Shown one piece after another: positions 27,269-40,615 of a stretch of DNA of 64,000 bases (its first letter is position 1; the number at the start of each line of letters is the position of its first letter). Source of the stretch: Octopus vulgaris (lineage: Eukaryota); the NCBI GenBank assembly GCA_951406725.2, contig OX597829.1, forward strand, positions 56,296,001 through 56,360,000, written 5' to 3'. The notes under the pieces were generated by a model. The model saw only the letters and a program-made list of their open reading frames with translations, searched no databases and was not told where the DNA came from. A program made the position numbers and the translations under genes.

Positions 27269-30200
27269 TTACTGTTGCTGGCAACTTCAATGGTCATGTT
27301 GGGCAACACTCCAATGGAAGGTTTTGGCTTTGGCACTAGGAATGATGAGAGAACGAAGCTCTGGAGTTCTGTGATGCAAATTACTTGCTGGGCTGCAACA
27401 CTAACTTCAGGGAACCAGACAGCCATTTAATCACTTATTGGTCTGGTGGGCACCCAAGCCAGATTGACTTCATTCTCACCAGAAACAGCAATAGACAGAT
27501 GTTTGTAAATGTAAAGTCCTTTCCCAGTGAGGAACGGATGACTCAACATAAGTTAGTGGTTAGTGACTTTAGACTTAGGGCTAGAAGGACCTGGAGACAT
27601 AAACCAGTTTGAAAAAGGAAATTATGGAAGCTCAAAGATCCATCAAACAGTATTTGATTAGAAAGAGGAGGAGGTAGCAATGTATAATGTAGAGGAGTCT
27701 GGAAGTTCTTAAGAACAACCTTCTGAAGGCTGCAGACCAAATCTCTAGAGCTAGGGCAAAGTATCTGCCAGATGGAGAGTGACATGGTGGTGGAACAGTA
27801 AGGGAGAGAAGGCCATAAAAGTGGAGAGACAAGCTTGGAAAGATTGGAGAAATGGAGGCAGCAAAGAGCCATATCAGGTAGCCATGAGGGAAGCTAGGCA
27901 ACAGGTTTAGCTAACGAGGGCAGAAACAGAAAGAAAGAGGTTTGCCAGCGTCTTAGAGCAAGAAGATTAGAAACTTGAGATGTTCTGGATCGCTAGAAAA
28001 TTGAGATGTTGTGGGAGAGAAGTGTGTATGGATGGATAATGGTATGTTTGACTCTGAAAAGAAAGAGACATGGAAGTGCTACTGTGAAAGACTATTAAAA
28101 GCAGAGAATGAATGGGAGAAAAGGAGGGACCAGCTATTTAAGTTGACAATATGATAGATAAGGCAATTAAGGATATGCAGGGAGGAAAAGCCCCAGTCTA
28201 TTGGGAATTACTGCTAAGATGCTTAAAATATCTGGCAAGGTAGGTCACATTTAGTTAATCGGCTTATTTAAGAAAGTATCATCTCTAATGACTGGTGTAG
28301 CAGCATTATAGTCAGCTGGTACAAGGATAAGGGAGATGTGTGAGTCAGAAGTAATTACAGAGACATTAAGTTGCTGGACCAGGTCATGAAAGTTACAGAA
28401 AGAATTATGCCTCAATTAATCAGGAACAGAATCAGATCAAATGAAATGCAGTTTGGCTTTGTGTCGGAGAGAAGTACCACTGATATTATGTTTATAGTCA
28501 GACAATTTCAGGAGAAGTATTTGGCTAAGAATAAACCACTATACTTGGCATTTATTGACTTGGAGAAAGCCTTCAACAGAGTACCACACAGTCTGATATG
28601 GTGGGCTCTGAGGAAGCTAGGGGTAGACAAATAGCTTGTGAAGGCTGTGCAGGCCATGTACAGAGGTTCTTTCAGTAAGGTGAGAATTAACCATGAGTAC
28701 AAAGGTGAATTTAGTGTACTGGTAGGCATTCATCACGGATTGGTTCCTCGTCTCCTCCTAATCACCATTGTCCTCAAGGCCATAACAGAGGAATTCATGG
28801 CCAGCTGCCCCTGTGAACTGCTATATGCTGATGATCCTGCTCTCACAGATGATTCTATATCAGAACTAGAAAAGAAATTCCAGGCATGGAAGCAAAACCT
28901 TCTATTGATGGGCCTTAAAGTTAATTTATTGAAGACCAAGGTTCTGGTAAGCAAAAAAAAAAAACACAGATAGGACCCTACATTCTTCAGGTAAATGATT
29001 TTGTTTGATATGCAGGAAAGGTGTAGGCAGGAATTCCATATGATGTATCCAGTGCATGCAATGGACACACAAGAGGTACTGTGTAATAATAGGAAGGTTA
29101 GCAGAGAAAGTAGTGTTTGTATGTGGAAGATGCACAGGAGCCATAAAGTCTACAGATACATAGGAAATTGATGTACTTAAATGCCCTAGAGGCTCTCTAG
29201 AGGTAGTGGACAATTTCTGCTACCTGGGGAACCTAATTAGCTGCAGAGGAGGATGTACAGAAAGCATAATTGCTAGAATAAGAATAGATTAGAAACTTCA
29301 GAGGTTTTACTTCTGTTGGCAACCAAAGATCTCTCCTTCCAAATAAAAGGAAGTTTGTATGAGGCATGTGTATGAACTGTAATGCTGAATGGTAGTGAGA
29401 CATGGGTCCCGAATGCAGAGGACAAGGAAAGACTAGAGAGGAACGAGGCTAGTATGCTCTGCTGGATGTGTAATGTCAGTGTACGTGTGTGACAGAGTGC
29501 TAGTGTATTGAGAGAGAGGTTAGGCCTAAGAGGAATTAGATGCAGTGTGCAAAAGAGAAGACTGTGCAAAAGAGAAGACTGTGCTAGTTTGGTCATGTGA
29601 TGTGGATGGATGGGGACAGTTGCATAAAGAAGTGCTGATCATTTAAAGAGGGTGGAAGTTGTGGAAGAAGGAGACCCAGGAAGACACGGGACAAAGTTTT
29701 GAAGGCTGGTCTCAAGATGCTGAGTCTTACAAATGAGATAATAAAAGATGGAGGTGTCTGGTGCCTTACTGTTGTACTCAAGAAGATCCGTCCATCACAG
29801 CAGAGTTGATATCCTAAAACAACGTTGATAATGTTTGTCTGTAAGGGGCTCTACCCACACCCACCTGCATCCTCTCTGCCCTGTCAACTATTTCTCTCCT
29901 CATTTCATCCCCTAACACCCATCACTTCTCTACCAACTGGGAGCAGAATAAACACTACTCCATTACAAATCACTCCCATTTCCTGTTATCATCCCACCTT
30001 CTCTCCTCTGCCTTCTCTTCTCTGTAAGACTAATACCTCACTTATCTGCTAACACCTTCAAAGCCCTTGCATATCTACCACAACTCCCACCCTATGCTTC
30101 TCATACATTTCACTCCTTTACTTGCCACAGTCACCTCTATCCCACCCACTTACCCAAACCAAACCTTTTTATCACCCCACCTATTCTCACCCCACCCCAC

Positions 30201-30790
30201 CAAAGTAAGGAATTTACTATTAAGAAATGTCTCTTGAGAGTATCTCCCAACACATCTCCACCATTATCTCTCTCACTATCACTCTTTATCTTACTCTTCA
30301 ACCTACTCTCTTTTCTTTTCCAAAGGGGGTATCTGTGTGTCTACTCTACAGCAAGACATCTATCTCTGTCCATCTATACCTTTAATTTTTCACCAACTGA
30401 CACAAGTCCACCACCCACTCAATACTATTCCTCCCTTCCAGCTGAAGGGTTTTCATCTTGAAAGATACATGACAACCCCACCAGTGCTGGTGCCACATGA
30501 AAAGCACCCAGTGCATTTTATAGCTTCCGTGCAAGTGGCACGCAAAATGCACCAATCTAACCGTGGCCGATGCCAGCCTCGCCTAGCACCAGTGCAGGTG
30601 GCACATAAAAAGCACCCACTACACTCACGGAGTGGTTGGCGTTAGGAAGGGCATCCAGCTGTAGAAACATTGCCAGATAAGACCGGAGCCTGGTGCAGCC
30701 TTCTGGCTTCCCAGATCCCCGGTCGAACCATCCAACCCATGGTAGCATGGAGAACGGATGTTAAACGATGATGATGATGATGATGATGAT
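27268..30790 (+). mobile_element. Older RTE LINE copy (partial APE, RT, PHD, pyrimidine-rich 3' UTR, (GAT)n tail)
   Basis: [62 protein letters not shown], with many stops and frameshifts. Confidence 0.92.
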
Positions 30791-31177
30791 TCACATTAAG
30801 AAGGGCATCCAGCTGTAGAAACCACACTAAGACAAAGCATGGTTCCTGGCCTTACCAGGAAAATGGACATTAAATGATGATGATGATGATGATGACGACA
30901 ATAAACATATATATGTGCATATAACTTCCTCCTCCTCCTCATCATCATTTAATGTCCCTTCTCCATGCTGGCATGGGTCAGATGTGTCATTTTTGCTCTC
31001 CAACACTGGCTGGGGACCATATCTCACTCATAAACTTCATTTCTGGTTTAATGCACATCCTAACAGCAACGACTTTACAGAGTGAATGGGGTGCGCTTAT
31101 TCACAACATCAGTACTAGAGCGCATGGGAGAAGAGGGTGGTGACCAGCAAGAGATTGATAAATGGTATGAGTGATAA

Positions 31178-31405
31178 GGCGGCGAGCTGGCAGAATCGTT
31201 AACAGGCCGGGCAAATTGCGTAGCCGTATTTCGTCTGCCGCTACGTTCTGAGTTCAAATTCCGCTGAGGTCGACTTTGCCTTTCATCCTTTCGAGGTCGA
31301 TTAAATAAGTACCAGTTACGCTCTGGGGTCGATGTAATCGACTTAATCCGTTTGTCTGTCCTTGTTTGTCCCCTCTGTGTTTAGCCCCTTGTGGGTAGTA
31401 AAGAA
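31178..31405 (+). mobile_element. Young tRNA-derived SINE with a Deu/Nin-like central domain
   Basis: TGGCAGAATCG A-box-like, GAGTTCAAATTCC B box, and CTTTCATCCTTTCGAGGTCGAT...AGTACC domain. CpGs preserved. Domain naming is from memory. Confidence 0.8.
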
Positions 31406-32020
31406 GTGGTTAATGAGGAGCAAGTGTAGAGAGTGTATGAGATAGAAGCAGGTCTGCTGGGAAACCCCTATGCATGGGGAATGAGCCAGAGTGGCAAGAA
31501 CAATAGAAGGAGGAGGAGGAGTCAGTTTTGGAAGAAGGGTCAAGTAAGTTCTGTGACATCCTTAATCACACTGGCAGCAAAGAACAGGGAGCTGAAGAGA
31601 CCCCTTGCCATTCGTGGGCAGCATAAAACAATGAGTGTGGGAGAAAGAGAGAGAGCAAGTGAGAGATAAAAGGCAACAAAGCCGTGAGTAATAGAGACAA
31701 AGTTGACCGTGGCACAAGTGGCTGGCAGGTGAGTGATAAGAGGATTATATGATTAAAGGGGTGAGTGATAAATGGCATGAGTGATAGGTAAACAAGTAAA
31801 ATCGAAGGACAACAAGAGGACGTGCACAAGAAATGTATTAGCTCCATGCTCGGTGAAAAGAGAGGGTTTGACGTGTGTATATATATATATATATATACAT
31901 GCACACACACACACATATATATACATACACATATACATATATGTACGTGTACACACACATATATACATATATACACACACATATATATATTTAGATATAT
32001 ACAGATATACATATATATAT

Positions 32021-32367
32021 TCTTTTATTCTTTTATTTGTTCAGTCATTTGAATGTGGCCATGCTGGAGCACCGCCTTTAGTCGAGCAAATCGACCCCAG
32101 GACTTATTCTTTGTAAGCCCAGTACTTATTCTATCGGTGGAGGGACAAACACACACACACACACAGAGTCACACACACACATACACATATATATACATAT
32201 ATAGAACAGGCTGCTTTCAGTTTTCATCTACCAAATCGACTCACAAGGCTTTGGTCGGCCCGAGGCTATAGCAGAAGACACTTGCCCAAGGTGCCACACA
32301 GTGAGACTGAACCCAGAACCATGTGGTTGGCAAGCAAGCTACTTACCACACAGCCACTCCTGCACCT
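32021..32367 (-). mobile_element. Microsatellite-containing tRNA SINE (internally deleted)
   Basis: Reverse complement of the 33114-33640 family. Confidence 0.9.
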
Positions 32368-32382
32368 AAAAAGCAGTAAACG

Positions 32383-32454
32383 TTCCCATGCCAAGAATCG
32401 AACCAGGGCCGCCTGGGTGAAAGCCAGGAATCGTAACCACTAGACCACATGGGA
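32383..32454 (-). tRNA. tRNA-Glu (anticodon TTC), variant or recent pseudogene
   Basis: Minus strand TCCCATGTGGTCTAGTGGTTACGATTCCTGGCTTTCACCCAGGCGGCCCTGGTTCGATTCTTGGCATGGGAA. Perfect 7-bp acceptor stem and 5-bp anticodon stem, A and B boxes present, T5 terminator at 32368-32372. T stem has a T:T mismatch and a G:T pair. Confidence 0.85.
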
Positions 32455-32560
32455 CTTCTACACTATATACAGACACATATATATACATACATTTAAATAC
32501 ACACACACACACACACTCACACACATATACATACCTACTTATATATATGTGTGTGTGTGT

Positions 32561-32859
32561 GGAAGCACAATGGCCCAGTGGTTAGGAGTGGACTCGCGGT
32601 CAGAGGATAGCAGTTTCAATTCCCAGACTGGGCGTTGTGTGTGTTTACTGAGTGAAAACACCTAAAAACTCCACAAGGCTCTGGCAAGGGGGGGGGTGTA
32701 CTCTTTTGCTCCAACTTTCTCTCACTTTTTCTTCCTGTTTCTTGAGTAATGATGCAAAGGACTGGCGTCCTGTCTGGCTGGGGGGAACACACATGCCACA
32801 GAATTTGGGAAACTGGGCCCATGAGCCTGGCTAGGCTTGAAAAGGGCACATAAATAAAA

Positions 32860-32860
<1 letters not shown>
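32561..32860 (+). mobile_element. tRNA-derived SINE (another family)
   Basis: TGGCCCAGTGG A box, GTTTCAATTCC B-box-like, A-rich end running into (TA)n. Confidence 0.75.
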
Positions 32861-32904
<44 letters not shown>

Positions 32905-32971
32905 TATATATATATGCTTATATATATATATATATGTATGTTTATATATATATAAATATATATGTATACAT

Positions 32972-33051
<80 letters not shown>

Positions 33052-33075
33052 ATATATAAATATAAATGTATACAT

Positions 33076-33113
<38 letters not shown>

Positions 33114-33116
<3 letters not shown>

Positions 33117-33276
33117 TGCAGGAGTGGCTGTGTGGTAAGTAACTTACTTACCAACTACATGGTTCTGGGTTCAGTCCCACTGCATGGCACCTTGGGCAAG
33201 TGTCTTCTACTATAGACTCAAGCTGAGCAAAACCTTGAGAGTAGATTTGGTAGACGGAAACTGAAAGAAGCTCGTC

Positions 33277-33307
<31 letters not shown>

Positions 33308-33321
33308 TGTATGTATGTATG

Positions 33322-33353
<32 letters not shown>

Positions 33354-33640
33354 TGTATGTATGTATGTATGTATGTATGTATGTATGTATGTATGTATGT
33401 ATGTATGTATGTATGTATGTATGTATGTATGTATGTATGTATGTATGTATGTATGTATGTATGTATGTATGTGTGTCTGTGTTTGTCCCCCCAACATCAC
33501 TTGACAACTGATGCTGGTGTGTTTACGTACCTGTAACTTAGTGGTTCAGCAAAAGAGGCTGATAGAATAAGTACTAGGCTTACAAAGAATATGTCCAGCA
33601 TGGCCAATGTCAAATGACTGAAACAAGTAAAAGAATGAAA
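33114..33640 (+). mobile_element. Near full-length tRNA SINE with an internal (GTAT)n expansion
   Basis: TGGCTGTGTGG A box, GGTTCAGTCCC B box, CORE-like GCACCTTGGGCAAGTGTCTT, central (GTAT)n at about 33280-33470, conserved 3' half. Confidence 0.9.
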
Positions 33641-35639
33641 GAAACACACACACACACATATACATGTTCATATACCCAAATGCGTAAAGCTTATATATAT
33701 ACATATAAACACATTCAGTGTCATATGTGACAGACAGATGAACCAAGACAGTTCCTGTCACCAGACCTTTCTTAAAACAGTTGTCAATATGTTCAATGAG
33801 ATTTGAAGGTTGGTCGGTGATAGATTTGGCTGTTTGGAATCCATCTTGTTGAATTATGATGGCTGGTTCAACAGGAATGGCAAATCTGTTAGGGAACAGG
33901 TACTCAGATATCTTAAGTGCATGACATAGCAGAGATATCAGACAAAAGTCTAGCCGCTAAGGAGGTCAACATGGAATAAAACACCTCACTAAAAAACAAG
34001 GGTCAGTAGCCAGGTCTTGTCCAATTATTGCCAGCCTAGAATAAAAAGTGGGTAGGAAAACAATGACGATGACAATGATGACAATGACGACGACGACGAT
34101 GATGATGATGATGATGATGATGATGGCAACAAAGTAGGGGGAAGGGTAGGGAAGATTATAAAGAAGATTAAAATAAGTGAAACACAGAGACTTTTCTCAA
34201 AGAGGGGAGGAACAGCAAAATGGTTGATTCATTGCATTGGCCAAGAGGTGATGTACGTCACTGCAATATTGGGCTTTCCAAGAGAGAGGGAAAACAAGTT
34301 CTACCAAGGGGGAAAAAAATAGGTGGACTTGGCACTTTCAAAATCAGATTCTGGTAACACTTATACAGGTGTTAGAAAAAGAAGCAGCACAACAAAAGGA
34401 AAGGAAATTTATGCAATACAGTTCCAGCCTTTCATCAAAATTGACAAAGAAAGAAAGGAAATCACAATTAGAAAACACTAAAATATTAACGAACAATTAG
34501 AGGAAGACAAATAACTGAAAGAAAAGTAAAAAGAAAATGTCATGTAGATCAATATCAAAATATCTTCTATATTAGAGTTTCTCAACCATTTTGTTCCCTA
34601 TGGAGCCCCTTAATTTCTGTTTTACTCAGATGAACCCTTCCAGCTGTTTGATGTTTAAAAAAAGCCTATTATATTTTTATGATTAACCAGAGTTGAGTGC
34701 AATGCTTATTTATTCACATTGTCTTCAGTTAATCATTCATTATCTCACAGCTCTGAGATTTCAATAATGTGATTGTTTATTTTTAGAATGACATCGTAAG
34801 GTACCAGGTGTCAGAGGCTAGATCTGGTCAGTTTGGACATGAAGCAGAATATTTTGGCCAGATATGGCCGATTTAAATGCTAAAGGCTTAAATATTATTA
34901 TTATTAGCAAAAAATTTCTAAAACCTTTTATGTATTTTAGAAGTAATACCAATCTGTTCCACTTAAATTTTAGCAATAAATCTTATATTGACCCCCAGGG
35001 ATCATCTGGAGTCCCAAGGGTCATCTGGATTCCCAGGGCTCTATATTAATAACATCATAGACCTTAACATTTGTTTCTAGTATGGGTTATCTGTTTTATC
35101 TTTTGCTTGTTTCAGTCAAAAGACTTCAGCCCATGCTGGAGCATCACCTTGAAGAATTTTTACTCAAATGAATCGATTCCAGTACTTTTTGTAAGTCTGA
35201 TATTTATTCTTGTGTTTTTTCTTTTTTCTTTTTTTTTTTTGTCAAGTCACTAAGTTGCAAGGATGTAAACACACCAATACCGGTTGTGAAGCAGTGATGA
35301 CAAACACATAAACACACACACACACACACACACACGCACGCACGCATGCATGCATACATACATACTTAATCAAAGTGTACAGTATTATATATCCACTCCA
35401 GTTCAATTATGTAATCCTGCAAACTCCAAAGGTGGCAGTTGTGGAATAAAATATGGCAACTGCTCTCTATTGTTGGAGGTGAATAGACACATCTGGTTTG
35501 TGATTGCTGTCATTGCAACTGGTCATCCGCATCTTGTGCCATCTTGTGCTGTTATTCCTGGTGGTGTGCTCTACATAGTCATCAAAAACCCACCATGGGT
35601 GTCATAGATCTGTTACAGTGGAATTATACAACCGAGGAT

Positions 35640-36420
35640 ATTCAACAAAGAATATCTCAACTCTGTCAAATGAGCTCTACACAAGAAAGATCAATAATGA
35701 CGTTGCAAGTGCTCTTGGCCTTGCCCTGTAGTGTAACACCAGCGAGGTCATAACATGGCTTAAAACCAATAGCAGAAGTGGGTAGAGCTAGGTTTACCCA
35801 ATTCAATATAGTGGACTTTTATCCATCTATGTCGAGGGAGTTCCTTTTTAAGGGACTAGATTTTGCTAGGTCATACACTGAAGTTAGAGACGAGGATATA
35901 CACACTATCACGCATGTCAGAAGAACCCTACTTTTCTGTAAGGGTTGGGCCTTGGCCAAACAAACTAACCCAGAAGGCTCCTTTGACATAGCAGCCGGGC
36001 ACTTTTGACAGTGCTGACGTATGTGACCTTGCTGGCTTCTTCATCCTAAAGTTGCTCAGAAAGAAGTTCCCTTCCACTAGCTTTGGCCTCTACAAGGATG
36101 AAGCGCTGGTAATATAAAGAGGGGCAAATGGTCACATGCCAGATAAGCTTAGAAAGGACCACACGAGTACCATGAATTCTACTGGACTGAAGGTTACAAT
36201 AGAAACCAACCTGAAAATGGTGGATTTCCTTGATATGCCCTAGACTTGGAGTCCGGTGCCTATATACCATCTAGGAAGCCAAATGAGAAGTTATCATATG
36301 AACACAGGTTCCTGTCATCCAGCCATAGTTTTCAAGAACTTTGTAAAAGACATCAGCAGAAGAATCTCTAACCTATCTTTTGGTGCTGCCGCTCCGTGCT
36401 ATGATAAGGTCATAATGGTT
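35640..36420 (+). mobile_element. Penelope-like element RT fragment
   Basis: FTQFNIVDFYPSMSREFLFKGLDFARSYT...SFDIAAGHF/DSADVCDLAG...FGLYKDEAL, matching PLE RT motifs (FDIVDFYPS, FDVTMGSYDGAEVCELVG, GLYRDDGL) with substitutions and frameshifts. Confidence 0.85.
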
Positions 36421-36675
36421 ATATAAAATTGTACACTTCAATTAATATACACACTCTACTGACAGATATGAGTGCATTTTTTCCTGACTTATGGATTTTT
36501 AGATGACGTTATATATATATATATATATTACAGAGATGTACTTGCATAGCAAGTGACCTGATCTGAGATCATGTGCTGAAACAAAAACAATTGCTGCATG
36601 GAATTTAAATGTTGAAGTGAATCTAATGGCTTTTGTGTGTTTATAAATGGCTTATAAGCACCTTCCACACTGCAA

Positions 36676-36738
<63 letters not shown>

Positions 36739-37186
36739 TTTAAATTGCTTTTAATCGCCACATTCATTCAAACTCATCTTTTCTCTAAAATAATTCTTTC
36801 TTGTTCAATCTACCCCTTAAAATGAATTTTTCATGTCCATGGTTGCAACCACCCTTTCCCACCCCCACCACCAATACCGGAAATCTCTTTCTCTTACCGG
36901 ACACCCAGTTGCCTTCCCCTCTCTCCTCTTACATTGGTAATCTCGCCGCCCTCTCCTTTCTCTCCCCACCATCTCTGGACTAAATAAACCAGATAGCAGC
37001 CCACTTACCCTCTCTCTTTTTCTTTAATTTTTTTTTCATATTTATATTTGCAGCATCAGTAATGCTTACACCCACAATGCTCATAACGCTTATATTCACA
37101 ATGCCCCAAACACTTTCACATACAATGCTTCCTCACTCCCACACCCATCCCCAGTAGAGGCAACAACATTAACAATTCTAACATGT

Positions 37187-40100
37187 TTGAATGATGGTAG
37201 GTTAAAAGCAAGAACAACTGTTATGATGTCTGTTACCAAACAATCACAGGAACCTTCTTTTCAGGAGCTGAATAACATCTCTCCTTCCTGTGTTACCTCC
37301 CATATCTCATTCCCAGTTTTCAGAGTTAGCACTCTAAATGCAGACACATTGAAAGGTAGGTCCAGTGAGATTGTAGAGATGCTTGAGTGGAGATGTGTTG
37401 ATGTATGTTGAGTACAAGAGGTAAGATGGAGAGGAGCTTCAGCCAGAGTCCTAACAGGTAAAGCACATAGGTATAAACTCTTCTGGGAAAGTAATAGTGA
37501 TGGAATAGGGGGTGTGGGCTTACTTCTTGCAGAGAGGTGGGTGGATAAGGTTGTAGGGGTAGTGAGGGTGTGCGATAGAGTACTTAAACTCAGGTTAGTC
37601 TAGCAGAATAGTATAGCTACAATTATTTCCGCCTACGCCCCACAAGTAGGCCTACCAAATGAACAGAAGGATCACTTTTATGATATTCTTCTGTAGGCTA
37701 CCTCATAGACAAGTGATAATGATCTCATCTTTGTGGCTGGAGATTTTAATGGGCATGTCAGACAGCAACCTGGTATCTTCCATGGTGTACATGGGGGCCA
37801 TGGAGTTGGTACCAGAAATGAAGAGGGAACTAGGCTCCTGGAGTTCTGCAATGCAAATAACCTATTGATCTGCAACACCAACTTCAGGAAGCCAGCCAGC
37901 CACCTTATAACCTATCAATCAGGTGACTCTGCTAGGCAGATCGATTTCATTATCACCACACAGTAGGATGCATGGTTGCTCTTAAAAACAAAGACCCTCC
38001 CTGGTGAAGAATGCACCTCCCAACATAGAGTAGTTATTAGTGACCTTAGACTCGAGGCCAGAAGGATGCCATGAAGCAGACCAATCTGGAAAAGGACTTG
38101 GAAGCTTAGAAACCCTTCACATGGTCACAGATGTAGGGATATCCTTACCAAGAAATTTGATGATAGGGAGGAGGAGCTACAGTCCTGTGACATAGAAGGC
38201 AGCTGGGAATTCTTGTGAGACAGCTTGCTGAGTGCCACAGACCAAATCTGTGGCTGGTGCAAAGTCCCTTCCAGACCCAGGGTAACATGGTGGTGGAAAC
38301 AATACTGTAGACAGGGCCATTAGAACAACGAAACAGGTCTGGAAGAGGGGGGGTAGCAGGGGACTGTGTCAGATAGCCAGAAGGGAAGATAGGAGACAAG
38401 TATATACAGCCAAGGGACAAGCAGAAAAGGAAGAAGTTTGCCAATGTTCAGCAACTTGAGGACCAAAGAACTGAAGTATTTCAGACTTCAAGACAGTGAG
38501 TGAGAGAAAATTGTGATGTCATAGGAGAGAAATGTGTCTGCATGGATGATGGTGCACTTGCTTTTAATGATTCTGCAAAGAAAGAGGCTTGGAGATGCCA
38601 TTATGAAAGACAGCTGAAGAACATGGAGAATGAATGGGAGGAGGAGAGTCTGCTAAAGGTTGAGCCAATTCAGGGACCAGTTACCCAAATCAACAGTACC
38701 CTGATAGATAAAGCAATTAAGGATGTGAAGACAAGGAAAGCTTCTGGCCCATCAGGAATCACAGCTGAGATGCTTAAAATATCGGGTGGTGTGTGTTATG
38801 GTCTTGTCACCCGCATCGTAAATCAGGTAGTTCATGAAGGAGTCATATCCAATGACTGGTGTAGCAGCGTAATAGTCAACTGCTACAAGGGTAAAGGTGA
38901 TACTTTAGATAGAAATAACTACAGGGGTATCAAACTGCTGGATCAGGTGATGAAAGTTACAGAGAGGGTCATAGCCCAACTAATTAGGGAGAGAGTTAGC
39001 CTAGATGAGATGCAGTTTGGTTTTGTGCCAGGCAGAAGCACCAATGATGCTATATTTCTGGTATGGAAACTGCAGGAGAAATACCTACACAAAGATAAAC
39101 CTCTGTACTTGGCTTTTGTTGACTTGGAGAAAGCCTTTGACAGGATCCCCTGATCCCTTATCTGGTGGTCAATGTGGAAACTGGGGATAGACAAGTGGCT
39201 AGTAAGAACTCTACAAGCCCTGTCCAAGGATGCTGTCAGTAAGGTGAGGTTTGGCAATGATTATAGTGAAGAATTCCGAGTAGAAGTAGGGGTTCACCAA
39301 GGATTAGTCCTCAGCCCCCTCTTATTCATTATAGTCCTCCAGGCAATAGCAGAGGAATTCAAGACAGGATGCCCCTAGGAGCTCCTCTATGCTGATGACC
39401 TTGCTCTAATAGCCAAGTCACTGTCAGAATTGGAGACAAAGTTCAGGGTATGGAAGCAAGGTCTAGAATTGAAGGGCCTTAGGGTTAACCTAGCAAAAAC
39501 CAAAGTCTTAGTAGGTAGGAAGGCAGACGAATCACAATCCACTTCAGGTAGATGGCCCTGCTCAATCTGTAAAAAAGGCGTGGGTAGAAACTTCATACGA
39601 TGTACATGGTGTAAGCTATGGACACATAAAAGGTGCAGCAATATCAAAGGAAGGTTAACCAGGAAAATAGTTTTTGTGTGTGGCAGATGCACTAGAGCAA
39701 TAAACACTGAAGATGTACAAAAAACAGATTCCATCACATGCTAAGGGAAGAAACTAGAAGTAGTTAATAGCTTCTGCTACCTAGGTGGCCAAATCTGTAG
39801 TGGAGGTGGTTGCTCTGAGAATGCAGCAACTAGCCTGAGCAAAGTTCAGGGAGATCCTACTTTTGCTGGCAACTAAGGGCCTCTCACTCAGGGTGAAAGG
39901 TAGACTGTATGATGCATGTGTGCAAACTGCCATATTACACGGCAATGAAACATGGGCCATGAATGCTGAGGACATGTATAAGCTTGAAAGAAATGAAGTT
40001 AGTTTGATCCGCTGGATGTGTAATGTCAGAGTGCATACAGGACAGAGTGTAAGTGCCCTGAGAGAAAAGTTGGACATAACAAGCAGCAGATGTGGTGTGC

Positions 40101-40608
40101 AAGAGAGGCAACTGTGCTGGTAGTGGATGAGGACAGCTGTGTGAAGATATGCCGCACCCTAACTGTGGAAGGAACATGTGGAAGAGGTAGACTGAGGAAG
40201 ATATAAGATGAGGTGGTGAAGCATGTCCTTCGAACATTGGGCCTCACAAAGGCAATGACAGGAAACCAGGACCTTTGGAGATACACTGTGATTGAGAAGG
40301 CCCAGCAACTAAAGTGAGATCATAACCGCACATGTCCAGCCCTGTTAAGAATACTCCTGATGTGCCGGGTGGTATGATATGCTTGAGATGACCTGTTGAG
40401 TCAAGTAACACCAATATCATAGCTGTGGCCCCTGACTGGCCCTCATGCCTGTGGCACATAAAAATGTGATCGATGCCAGGCCTGCCTGACTGGCTCCTGT
40501 GCCAGTGGCATGTGAAAAGCACCCACTACACTCTCAGAGTGGTTGGCATTAGGAAGGGCATCCAGCAGTACAAACATTGCTAGTTTAGATTGGAGCCTAG
40601 TGCAGCCG
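37187..40608 (+). mobile_element. Near full-length RTE LINE pseudogene (APE endonuclease, RT with embedded PHD finger, 3' UTR)
   Basis: FRVSTLNADTLKGR, ISAYAPQ, AGDFNGHV, QIDFII, NYRGIKLLDQVMKVTERVI, QFGFVPGRST, AFVDLEKAFDRIP, VGVHQGLVLSPLLF, YADD (39388-39399), FCYLG. Several in-frame stops. Confidence 0.95.
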
Positions 40609-40615
40609 CTGTCTA

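Noticed and set aside
34500-34564. Minus-strand R-Y-F-D-I-D-L-H resembling the next HHAT exon (YFDxGLH)
   Set aside because: The conserved Gly is missing, there is no polypyrimidine tract or suitable donor, and the sequence is low-complexity. Probably chance.
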